DNA from: an uncultured Candidatus Rokubacteria bacterium | GTDB lineage: Bacteria; Methylomirabilota; Methylomirabilia; Rokubacteriales; CSP1-6 | Length of the DNA stretch: 18,297 nucleotides | Direction of reading: 5' to 3' | Assembly (NCBI GenBank): GCA_963789955.1 | Contig: CAWBMV010000026.1 | Span: 1-18,297, forward strand | Part shown: positions 8,450 to 15,796 of the stretch, in pieces | Layout: every line of letters starts with the position of its first letter | How positions within the stretch are numbered: the stretch's first letter is position 1 | Program-made: the position numbers and the translations under genes | The notes under the pieces: model-generated | Database searches by the model: none | Told to the model about the DNA's origin: nothing | Seen by the model: only the letters and a program-made list of their open reading frames with translations

Positions 8450-9628
8450 CTAGCCGACTCGCTCCGGCTCCCAGCCCCAGGGATGCGGACCCCACTCCGG
8501 CTCGAACACGCGGCCACGCTTCACCGTCAGCACGGGCACCACGGTCTTGTCGATCTTCATGGAGTCTCGCAACGTGTCGTAGACCACCCAGCGCCCGTCG
8601 CGGACCTCCAGCACGGAGATGTCGGCCTGGCGCCCCACGGCGAGGCTGCCGAGTCGGCTGGCCTCGCCGATCGCGCGCGCGGGATTGACGGTGGACATGG
8701 CGATCACCTGCTCGAGCGTGAAGCCCATCCCGAGGAAGCGCGCCATGATCTCGACCATGCTGTGCACGGTGTTGGCGCGGCCCGGGATCGTCAGGTCCGT
8801 GCTGATGCAGTGTGGCGTCAATCCCTGGTCGAGGACGCGGCGGCCGACGTTGAAGCCGAAGTTCATGCGGCCGTGGGCCGTGTCGAGCCACACACCGCGG
8901 GCGGCGAGCTCCTTGGCCTCGGGCACGAGCTTGCCGTTGGTGTCGAGAACACCGCCGGGATTCGCGGTGAAGAGATGCGTCACGATGTCGCCGGGCTCGA
9001 GCAGCGGGAGCAGCTCGCGAATCACGTTCGGGTCGTAGCGCTTGGTCGTGTCGCCGATGTGCACCATCAGCGGCACGCCGCTCTCGCGCGCGGCACGCTT
9101 GGCCAGGCGCGGCATCTCCATGCCGAAGATCTCGAGCGCGGGCGAGACCATGCGCGCCTTGATCCCCTTGATCAGGCCTCGGTGCTCCCGCGCGACCCGG
9201 AGCGTGCTCTCGAGATCGATGGAGCTCTCGGCGATGATGTCGGGGTTCGTGGCGAGCCCGGTCTGGCAGATGTGCAGAAGCGGGATCACCTCAGTCTCGC
9301 ACTTCGGCAGGATGTGGCGCGGAAACGCGCTGAACGTCGCGCAGCCCGAGCTCCCCGCGTCGACGACCGTCGTGACACCGGCGTGCACGCCGGCGATGTC
9401 GGGATGGACGCCGTTGGCGGCCACGCCGTCGAAGACGTGCGTGTGGAGGTCGATGAGGCCGGGTGTCACGGTCTTGCCCGGGACGTCGACGACCCGTCGA
9501 GCCTCCGCGACCGGGATGTTCGCGGCGACTCTGGCGATCTTGCCGTCCTCGACCGCGACGTCGAGAGCACCGCGCAGGTCCTGCGACGGGTCGATGACGT
9601 TGCCGCCCTTCAGGAGCAAGTCGTACAT
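8450..9628 (-). CDS. Amidohydrolase/deacetylase-family metallohydrolase (dihydroorotase-like)
   Basis: YDLLLKGGNVIDP, PGLIDLHTHV (HxH), GVTTVVDAGS, GIKAR, LMVHIG, GDIVTH, DTAHG, ISTD, STVNPARAIG; GAGGAG RBS. Confidence 0.93.
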   Translation of the reverse strand: MYDLLLKGGNVIDPSQDLRGALDVAVEDGKIARVAANIPVAEARRVVDVPGKTVTPGLIDLHTHVFDGVAANGVHPDIAGVHAGVTTVVDAGSSGCATFSAFPRHILPKCETEVIPLLHICQTGLATNPDIIAESSIDLESTLRVAREHRGLIKGIKARMVSPALEIFGMEMPRLAKRAARESGVPLMVHIGDTTKRYDPNVIRELLPLLEPGDIVTHLFTANPGGVLDTNGKLVPEAKELAARGVWLDTAHGRMNFGFNVGRRVLDQGLTPHCISTDLTIPGRANTVHSMVEIMARFLGMGFTLEQVIAMSTVNPARAIGEASRLGSLAVGRQADISVLEVRDGRWVVYDTLRDSMKIDKTVVPVLTVKRGRVFEPEWGPHPWGWEPERVG

Positions 9629-9662
9629 GAGCGAGTCTCCTCTACCGTGACGGGGTGACCGG

Positions 9663-9692
9663 AGAGTACACGGGTCGCCTCGGCCGTTTCAA
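9663..9692 (-). promoter_or_regulatory. Putative sigma70 promoter for the amidohydrolase-LLM-RidA operon
   Basis: Minus strand TTGAAA (9692-9687), 18 bp, TACTCT (9668-9663). Confidence 0.45.
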
Positions 9693-9754
9693 GCCGCGCT
9701 CGCCAGTCCGATTGTTTCGTGAAATCCTCTGGACGAGACCGCTACCGATGCCGA

Positions 9755-9871
9755 TTCGTTCCCATCGTCGTACGGATCCTCGACGAGGAGGAGCTGCTGA
9801 CACGAGAGCTGGCCGGCTACGACGACTATCGACGCCGCGTGCGGTGTCGCCTCATCCCGTTCGTCTGGTGA
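9755..9871 (+). pseudogene. 3' remnant of an isoprenylcysteine carboxyl methyltransferase (ICMT/PEMT)-family gene
   Basis: Not in the ORF track; reads FVPIVVRILDEEELLTRELAGYDDYRRRVRCRLIPFVW*, the RI..EE..L..EL.GY..Y..RVR.RLIP.VW C-terminal signature. Confidence 0.8.
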
Positions 9872-9880
9872 GCTGAGCGC

Positions 9881-10056
9881 TCAGAACCTGAACGAGAGCC
9901 CGCCGACAACGTGATGAGTGTCGAGGTCGGCCTTGAACGTCAGCCCGCGGTCCTCGGCGAAGAGCGCGAGGTGCCGGAAGACCTGGACGGCGTCGTCACG
10001 ACGCCGAGGGTGGCGATCACGAACATGGCGACTGCGGCGGACGCGCTTGTCTTCAT
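9881..10056 (-). pseudogene. Collapsed outer-membrane beta-barrel gene (signal peptide joined to last strands)
   Basis: ATG 10056: MKTSASAAVAMFVIATLGVVTT, then a frame change to AVQVFRHLALFAEDRGLTFKADLDTHHVVGGLSFRF*, an amphipathic strand ending in the C-terminal Phe beta-signal. Confidence 0.65.
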
Positions 10057-10067
10057 CCCCGGACGAG

Positions 10068-10565
10068 CTACTGCTGTGCGCCGCGAGGCGGGCCCTTGAC
10101 CTCCTCGAACGATTGCGCGAAGGCGAGGAGCTTGGCGTCGGGCTCGTCCAGATCGATGTGCTCGCCGAACGGCTGGCGCACCTGGTACGGAGTCGTGTAG
10201 TAGAGCTCGACTCGATTGTCCTCGGGATCGAAGAAGTAGACGCTGCAGGCGATCCCGTGGGTGACCGTCCGGTCGATCTTCATGCCTTCCTGCGTGAGCC
10301 GGTGGTAGAACGAGCGCACGTCGTCCAGGCTCTTCACCTTGAACGATACTTGCTGGACGTTGTGCGTCTTCTGCCCGGGCTCGCGCGCCTGCACGAGCGC
10401 GAGCTCGTGGTGCTCTGTCTCCGGGGCGGCGCTCAGGAAGCAGATGCCGCGCCCCATGTCCTCGTCGCTGATCGTCAGGCCGAGCACGCGGGCGTAGAAG
10501 TCCCGCATCTTCGGCAGGTCGTTGCAGAACAGGCCCACGTGACCCAACCCGCTGATCTCAGGCAT
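10068..10565 (-). CDS. VOC (glyoxalase/extradiol dioxygenase-like) family protein
   Basis: SGLGHVGL..MRDFYARVLGL, EHHELAL, QQVSFKV, THGIACSVYFFDPEDNRVELY. Confidence 0.92.
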   Translation of the reverse strand: MPEISGLGHVGLFCNDLPKMRDFYARVLGLTISDEDMGRGICFLSAAPETEHHELALVQAREPGQKTHNVQQVSFKVKSLDDVRSFYHRLTQEGMKIDRTVTHGIACSVYFFDPEDNRVELYYTTPYQVRQPFGEHIDLDEPDAKLLAFAQSFEEVKGPPRGAQQ

Positions 10566-10596
10566 ATATCACCCCACCGCGCCGCGGTCGACGAGC

Positions 10597-10728
10597 TCAC
10601 GTCCGTTTGTAAAACCGACTGGCATTGTCCCACAAGAGCTTGCGCTTCGTGGACGGCTTCACGCTCGACCACCCGAGGATGTTGTCGACGGAGTTGGGGA
10701 ACTGGCACTCGGAGTGCGGATAGTCCAA
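10597..10728 (-). pseudogene. Collapsed Amidohydro_2-family gene: RBS plus start fused to the last ~42 codons
   Basis: Not in the ORF track; AGGAGG (10738-10733), then TTG GAC TAT CCG CAC..: (M)DYPHSECQFPNSVDNILGWSSVKPSTKRKLLWDNASRFYKRT*. (S)DYPH and KxLxxNAxRFY are the C-terminal signature of the family. Confidence 0.8.
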
Positions 10729-10755
10729 CGGTCCTCCTTCCCTCGTCGTGGACCG

Positions 10756-11112
10756 TCACTGGCGGATCATCAGCTGGAGGCGATGTCCATCGGGATCACT
10801 GAAGTAGATGCATCGATCGTCGCCCGGCCGGCCGCTCACCGCCACGCCATGCCTCTGCAGATCGGCTTTCAAGGCCTCATAGGTGCCCGACGCGACGTTC
10901 AGCGCGAGATGGTTGAGATCGTTGCCAGTTGTCAGGGGGGACTCGCCCTGCTTCTCGAACAGCGCCACTCCCTGCTGCCCGGCGTGAAGAAATACCTGGC
11001 GGTCGTTCTCGCGGTAGACGGTCATGCCCAGGACGTCGGTGTAGAACTTCTTGGCGCGAGATACATCGCTGACGTGTAGCACGAGATGGTCGATCCCGGT
11101 GGCCTGTATCAT
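10756..11112 (-). CDS. VOC family protein (118 aa)
   Basis: MIQATGIDHLVLHVSDVSRAKKFYTDVLGM..LNHLAL..CIYFSDPDGHRLQL; this is the 3' end of the 473-aa track ORF, whose upstream part is an antisense shadow of FAH. Confidence 0.92.
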   Translation of the reverse strand: MIQATGIDHLVLHVSDVSRAKKFYTDVLGMTVYRENDRQVFLHAGQQGVALFEKQGESPLTTGNDLNHLALNVASGTYEALKADLQRHGVAVSGRPGDDRCIYFSDPDGHRLQLMIRQ

Positions 11113-11265
11113 CCCCTTGGCCCTCCTCGGCTTCTCCGACCCGACTCGCGGTCGATATACGCCCTCTGCCCGGCTCAGTCTACAGCGAAATGTGATGGCG
11201 CTCCGGGGAGCGGCAATCTCGGGCTCGGCGCTCCCATCCCTGCGTCGACGGGACACGCCCGAGAA

Positions 11266-11274
11266 TGATATGGT
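11266..11274 (+). promoter_or_regulatory. Putative extended -10 for a leaderless FAH transcript
   Basis: TGaTATGGT 6 nt before GTG 11281; no SD. Confidence 0.4.
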
Positions 11275-11280
11275 CCCCTC

Positions 11281-12219
11281 GTGAAGCTCGTCACCTTCCA
11301 GAGCACAGGAAAGCCCGATCTGCTGCCGGGCCTCTTCACCGACCGGGGCGTGGTGAGCCTCGCCGACGCGGTCCCCGCGGGCGCCACACCGACGGCGACG
11401 ATGACGGGCATCATCGACGACTTCGACCGGCTGCGGCCGGCGCTCGAGCGGCTGGCCCGCGACGGCAAGGCGCTGCCGGCCGGCGAGGTCCGGCTGCGCG
11501 CGCCGCTGCCGCGGCCGGGCAAGATCCTGGCGTGCATCGCCAACTACTGGGAGCACGGCGCGCTCGAGGCCCGTCCGCTGAACATGTTCCTCAAGAGCGC
11601 GGACGCGGTGATCGGCCCGGGGGACACGATCGTCCTGCCGGAGTTCACCGAGCCGTGGATCTTCATGCACGAGGCCGAGCTGGCGCTGGTCATCAAGGGG
11701 CCTGCCAAGTCGGTCAAGCGCGACAACTGGCGCAACGCCGTCTTCGGCTACACCGGCATGATCGACGTGTCGGCGCGCGGTGAGGGGCGCCGCACGTGGA
11801 AGACCGGAAGCTGGCTCGGCAAGTCGTTCGACACGTTCGCGCCGATCGGGCCCTGCATCGCGACGATCGACGAGATCCCGAACCCCAACGACGTTCACGT
11901 GCAGTTCTGGGTCGACGGCCAGCTCCGTCACAACTACAACACCGACGACATGGAGCACCTGGTGCCCGAGCTCGTCGAGTTCGCGACGACGATCATGACC
12001 CTCAACTCGGGTGATCTCATCGCGTGCGGCACGAACCACGAGGGGCTGGGCCCCCTGCAGAACGGCGAGGTCGTGGATTTCGAGATCCACGGAATCGGGC
12101 GCATGCGGCTCGACGTACGCGATCCGCTGAAGCGCACGTGGGACAAAGGGATCTACATGGGCGCCGATTCGACTCATCCGGACGCCGTCAAGCGCAACCG
12201 GCCGCCGGCCGCGCGCTGA
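11281..12219 (+). CDS. Fumarylacetoacetate hydrolase family protein
   Basis: LRAPLPRPGKILACIANYWEH, FLKS, HEAELALVI, GYTGMIDVSAR, GKSFDTFAPIGP, TLNSGDLIACGT. Confidence 0.95.
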   Translation: MKLVTFQSTGKPDLLPGLFTDRGVVSLADAVPAGATPTATMTGIIDDFDRLRPALERLARDGKALPAGEVRLRAPLPRPGKILACIANYWEHGALEARPLNMFLKSADAVIGPGDTIVLPEFTEPWIFMHEAELALVIKGPAKSVKRDNWRNAVFGYTGMIDVSARGEGRRTWKTGSWLGKSFDTFAPIGPCIATIDEIPNPNDVHVQFWVDGQLRHNYNTDDMEHLVPELVEFATTIMTLNSGDLIACGTNHEGLGPLQNGEVVDFEIHGIGRMRLDVRDPLKRTWDKGIYMGADSTHPDAVKRNRPPAAR

Positions 12220-12241
12220 CGTCCGGCCGGCGGCTAGGATC

Positions 12242-13037
12242 TTACGGCGTGCCGGCCAGGACGCGACCGGCCGCGCGGATCTCGTCCGGGTCGAACGGGG
12301 GCTCCTGAAGCAGGATCAGCCGATCGACACCCGTCCGCTCGAGCATCTGCCGGCCGCGGGAATCCGCGCGGAGCCAGCGATCGTCCAGGCCGGCGAAGAC
12401 GGTCAGGATGAAGTCGGCGCCGTTTCGGCCCGCCTTCGCGTGCTCGTCGCGCGCGACGCGGGCGAGGTCGGCGAGCTTGGGGTGCATCGCCTGGGTGTTG
12501 AATCCGTCGGCGTGGCGGCCCGCGATGCCGGCCATCCGCGGGCCGAAGCCGCCGACGATGATCGGCGGCGGCGGCTCCGGTCTCGAGAAATCCGGCGTGA
12601 CCCGACCAGAGCCGGCGCATGAGCTCGATCGCCTCGACGACTTTCCGGGCGCGCACCTCATCGCGCTCGACCGATTGCCCGATTGCCCGTTGCTCGGCCG
12701 CGTAGGGCGTCCGCTGACTGCCCCCCGCGCCGATGCCGAGCAGCAGCCGGCCGCCTGAGACCGCCTGGAGCGTGGCCGCCATGTTAGCGAGAAGGCCGGG
12801 ATGGCGATTCGCCACGTTCAGCACGAGCGGCCCGAGCGCGATCCGCCGGGTGGCTTCGGCCAGCGCGGTCAAGGTCGTCCACGCCTCCGGCACGCCGGGA
12901 CCGCTCTCGCCGTCCGGATCGCGCAGGTGGTCCCAGGTCCAGAGCCCGTCGAACCCGGCTTCCTCGGCCGCGATGGCGGCGGCGCGCATGTCGCGGTATC
13001 GTGCGCTCATCGGAATCAATAGCAGGTCGGTCTTCAT
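12242..13037 (-). CDS. LLM-class oxidoreductase (Mer/F420-type-like, short form) with a 1-nt frameshift near 12584
   Basis: AEEAGFDGLWTWDH, PEAWTTLTALA, LGPLVLNVANRHPGLLANMAATL..SGGRLLLGIGAG; GFL + extra G + RPEPPPPIIVGGFGPRMAGIAGRHADGFN. Confidence 0.88.
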
Positions 13038-13058
13038 CCTCTATACCTCGGGGTTGCC

Positions 13059-15104
13059 ATGCGCGCGTGGACCGTGGACGCTGACGACATTCGCGTCGCC
13101 GAAGATTTCGACGACACGCTCCTGCACCACACGCCGGAGATCGACAGCTTCCTGAATCTCGATCGCGATGACAAGTTCATCGTGATCGGCACGAAGGGCT
13201 TCGGCAAGACGCTGCTCCTCAAGGCCAAGCGCATCCTCTATCAGCGCGACGGCCGGGCTGCGTGCCTGCCGACCGGCAACCTCCTCGACAAGCCGATCGG
13301 CGACAAGGTCTTCGGCAAGGAGGCGCTCACCTTCTTCGCCGCCTCGTCCCTGCCCTGGTCAAAGCTCTGGCTCACGGCGATCGCCGCGGCGACGCTCAAG
13401 CAGCTCGGTCGGGCCGATGGCCTCCGGGTGACCGCGAAGCTGACGGGGCTGATGGCCGACGAGCGCCTCCACGGCGTGATCGACCACTTCGTGCGGCTCC
13501 TCGACTTCTCGCCGAGCGAGCTGCAGCGTGCCGCCGCCGACACCGACGGGCATCTCTTGCCGCGCCTGCGCGCGGTCAACTCGCCGGTCGCGATCTTCAT
13601 CGACGGCGTCGACGAATACTTCAACAAGCACATCGAGCGGGCCAGCCTCCCGAGCGTGACCGGTCCGCTGTCGCCGAACGTATGGTACTTCGCCCAGCTC
13701 GGCCTCGTCGAGGTCGCGTACCAGCTCCGGCGGATCAACCATCACCTCAAGGTTTTCGCCGCCGTCCGGAAAGAGGCGTACGCGCGGCTGCAGACGACGG
13801 TCATGTCGCAGCAATACCGCGGCAGCGCCGTCGACATCGCCTATCCGGTCGAGAGCCTGCGCGAGATCTTCGTGAACAACATCCGCCTGGAGAAGGCCGA
13901 CCGGATGGTGCGGCCGGATCGGCTGCGCTTCGATCCGCTCGAGGCGTTTCTCGGCCGGACGAAGATCACTCACGTCTACACCGGCGAAGAGGAAGACGCC
14001 TTCGACTACGTCTGCCGCCACACGTTGCTCCGCCCTCGCGATCTCATGACCATCGGCGAGCGCCTCGCCGCGCTGCGGCCCGAGGAGCGTCGCCACGAGC
14101 ATCGGGTGAAGGAGGCGGTGAACGTCGGCGCGGCGGAGATCGCCCGCGAGTACCTGACCGAGATCGCCCCGTACGTGGGCGACCTGGACCTGGATCGCTT
14201 CCTCGGGCGCATCCCCGGGCACATTCTCAGCCGCGACGAGGTCGAGGAGCTCTTCCGGAGCCACAACGGCGAGGGCGCGGCCGTGGACGAGCGGCACGTG
14301 TTCTGCGCGCTCTATCGTGTCGGGCTCCTGGGCCATCTGCACCACGACTGGGTGAGGGGTGAGTGGGTCCAGCGCTTCCTCCGGCCGGGCGAGGGCACGC
14401 TCGAGCCCGACGGCGTGCTGCCGCGCGCGACGCGCTACCTCGTGCACCCCGTGCTGTCGGACGTGATCGGGCGGCTTAACCCCGCGTATCTCGAGCGCAT
14501 CGATCGGGTCGAGATCGTCGGCTACGGCCGGACGTGGCGAGGAACGCCGAGTGCAGACCGCGCCGTCACCGCGCGCACGCTGTTCGTCCTGGCCGGTGAC
14601 ATCAAGGGCTTCGGCGGGCTCATGCGAACCGGCGCGGACGCCGCCGTCCGGCAGGCCCTGGACGAGGCGCTCCGGAAGTGGGCCCGCGAGACGATCGCCG
14701 CCGAGGTCGGTGCGGGCGACGCGGTCTCGGTCGTGCACGACGACCCCGTCGTCCTGGCGCAGGTCGCCCGCCACCTCGTGGACGAGGTCTATCGTGCCCC
14801 CGGCCAGCCTCGGCTGCGGATCGCGCTGCACTACGGCGAGGTCTTGACGAGCCGGAGGCCGGGCGACGGCTTGCCGGTCATCGCCGGCGGCGACGGAGTG
14901 CTCTGCGCCGTGCGGGTCGAGCCGCGCGTGGAGCCCGGGCAGATCTGGGTGACGGAGGAGTTTCGCACGCAGCTCGCCGAGCGCCCGTCGTTGTGGCGCA
15001 CGACGCCGGTCACGGGCCCGGATGGCGCGAATCGCCTCAACGTCAAGAAGGAAGGCGGGACGGAACCCGATCTCTGGGTCGAGCTGCATCGGCTCGAATT
15101 CTGA
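13059..15104 (+). CDS. Sll1717/FunZ-like P-loop ATPase fused to a C-terminal class III nucleotidyl cyclase-like domain
   Basis: Walker A GTKGFGKT (13188-13211), Walker B IFIDGVDE, VFAAVRKE, FDYVCRHTLLRPRDLM, LYRVGLLG, YLVHPVL; then FVLAGDIKGF (Asp 14598), GDAV (Asp 14718), LRIALHYGEV, AVRVEP..PGQIWVTEEF. Confidence 0.8.
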   Translation: MRAWTVDADDIRVAEDFDDTLLHHTPEIDSFLNLDRDDKFIVIGTKGFGKTLLLKAKRILYQRDGRAACLPTGNLLDKPIGDKVFGKEALTFFAASSLPWSKLWLTAIAAATLKQLGRADGLRVTAKLTGLMADERLHGVIDHFVRLLDFSPSELQRAAADTDGHLLPRLRAVNSPVAIFIDGVDEYFNKHIERASLPSVTGPLSPNVWYFAQLGLVEVAYQLRRINHHLKVFAAVRKEAYARLQTTVMSQQYRGSAVDIAYPVESLREIFVNNIRLEKADRMVRPDRLRFDPLEAFLGRTKITHVYTGEEEDAFDYVCRHTLLRPRDLMTIGERLAALRPEERRHEHRVKEAVNVGAAEIAREYLTEIAPYVGDLDLDRFLGRIPGHILSRDEVEELFRSHNGEGAAVDERHVFCALYRVGLLGHLHHDWVRGEWVQRFLRPGEGTLEPDGVLPRATRYLVHPVLSDVIGRLNPAYLERIDRVEIVGYGRTWRGTPSADRAVTARTLFVLAGDIKGFGGLMRTGADAAVRQALDEALRKWARETIAAEVGAGDAVSVVHDDPVVLAQVARHLVDEVYRAPGQPRLRIALHYGEVLTSRRPGDGLPVIAGGDGVLCAVRVEPRVEPGQIWVTEEFRTQLAERPSLWRTTPVTGPDGANRLNVKKEGGTEPDLWVELHRLEF

Positions 15105-15148
15105 TCGCGAGCCGCTGGCGGCGGCGTGAAGATCGTCCAGCGCGCCGG

Positions 15149-15586
15149 TCAGATGGGTTGAGCGTCAGCGTCGTCGGGCGCGCACAGCGGGGAGAGCTTC
15201 TCGCGAAAGCTCCCCGGCGTCCGCGCCGGCCGGCCGTCCTCGGTCGCGAACGCGCCGGTGACCTCCGCGGTGACGAGCAACCGCTGGCTCTCGGCCTCGC
15301 GGATCTCCTGGATCCAGATCGAGCGCGCGCCGCGGATCTCGCGGACATACGTCACGATCTCGAGCGTGTCGCCCGATCGCGCCGGCGCCAGATACTTCAC
15401 CGTCAGGTCGGCAGCGAGGATCAAATAGCCCTGCTTCCGCATCTCCCCCAGAGACAGCCCCAGCGCGTCCAGCGCCTCGATGCGCGCCACCTCGAGATAG
15501 TGGACGTACTGCGCATGGTTCACGTGGCCGTACTGGTCCACTTCGTAGTGACGCACCTTCAGCTGGAACCGGGCCGGCTTGCCCAT
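15149..15586 (-). CDS. Acyl-CoA thioesterase (4HBT/YbgC hot-dog fold)
   Basis: VRHYEVDQYGHVNHAQYVHYLEVAR, VKYLAPARSGDTLEI; AAGGGG RBS. Confidence 0.93.
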   Translation of the reverse strand: MGKPARFQLKVRHYEVDQYGHVNHAQYVHYLEVARIEALDALGLSLGEMRKQGYLILAADLTVKYLAPARSGDTLEIVTYVREIRGARSIWIQEIREAESQRLLVTAEVTGAFATEDGRPARTPGSFREKLSPLCAPDDADAQPI

Positions 15587-15612
15587 CGTGTCGCCCCTTT
15601 CGCGCCTAGATC

Positions 15613-15720
15613 CTATAGGGAAACGCGGCGTGGCCGCACCGCATTGCCGACGACGGACACCGGTTCAGGCTCAGCGCGGCGCTCGCGATGATCGGGCTCA
15701 GGAGGGGGCCAGCCCCACGT
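15613..15720 (-). pseudogene. 3' remnant of a Cu(I)-type P1B ATPase (CopA-like)
   Basis: Stitched frames read TWGW..LLSPIIASAALSL./VSVVGNAVRPRRVSL*, matching the CopA end LLSPxIAxAAMxxSSVSVxxNALRLR; degenerate and frameshifted. Confidence 0.7.
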
Positions 15721-15796
15721 GCTCAAAAGAGGCTTGACCGCTGGAGGGCGTAATGGTCCACTCGGGCGATCTCGAGCACATCGGTTGAGAGGCTCG

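Noticed and set aside
7036..8517. 493-aa ORF suggesting a large RidA fusion
   Set aside because: Only the last ~50 aa are real (RidA C-terminus after the frameshift); the rest is an off-frame read of the LLM gene
10756..12177. 473-aa ORF suggesting a long VOC fusion
   Set aside because: The VOC gene starts at 11112; the upstream part is antisense to FAH
13359..15089. 576-aa minus-strand ORF, plus similar long ORFs at 3265-4713, 8483-9658 and 15839-17254
   Set aside because: Antisense shadows of real genes caused by stop-codon scarcity at high GC3
13059..15586. Calling the ATPase-cyclase locus a Pycsar, CBASS or Avs system
   Set aside because: No cNMP-binding effector, CD-NTase, TPR sensor or defence-island context in the window; the thioesterase is convergent, not operonic
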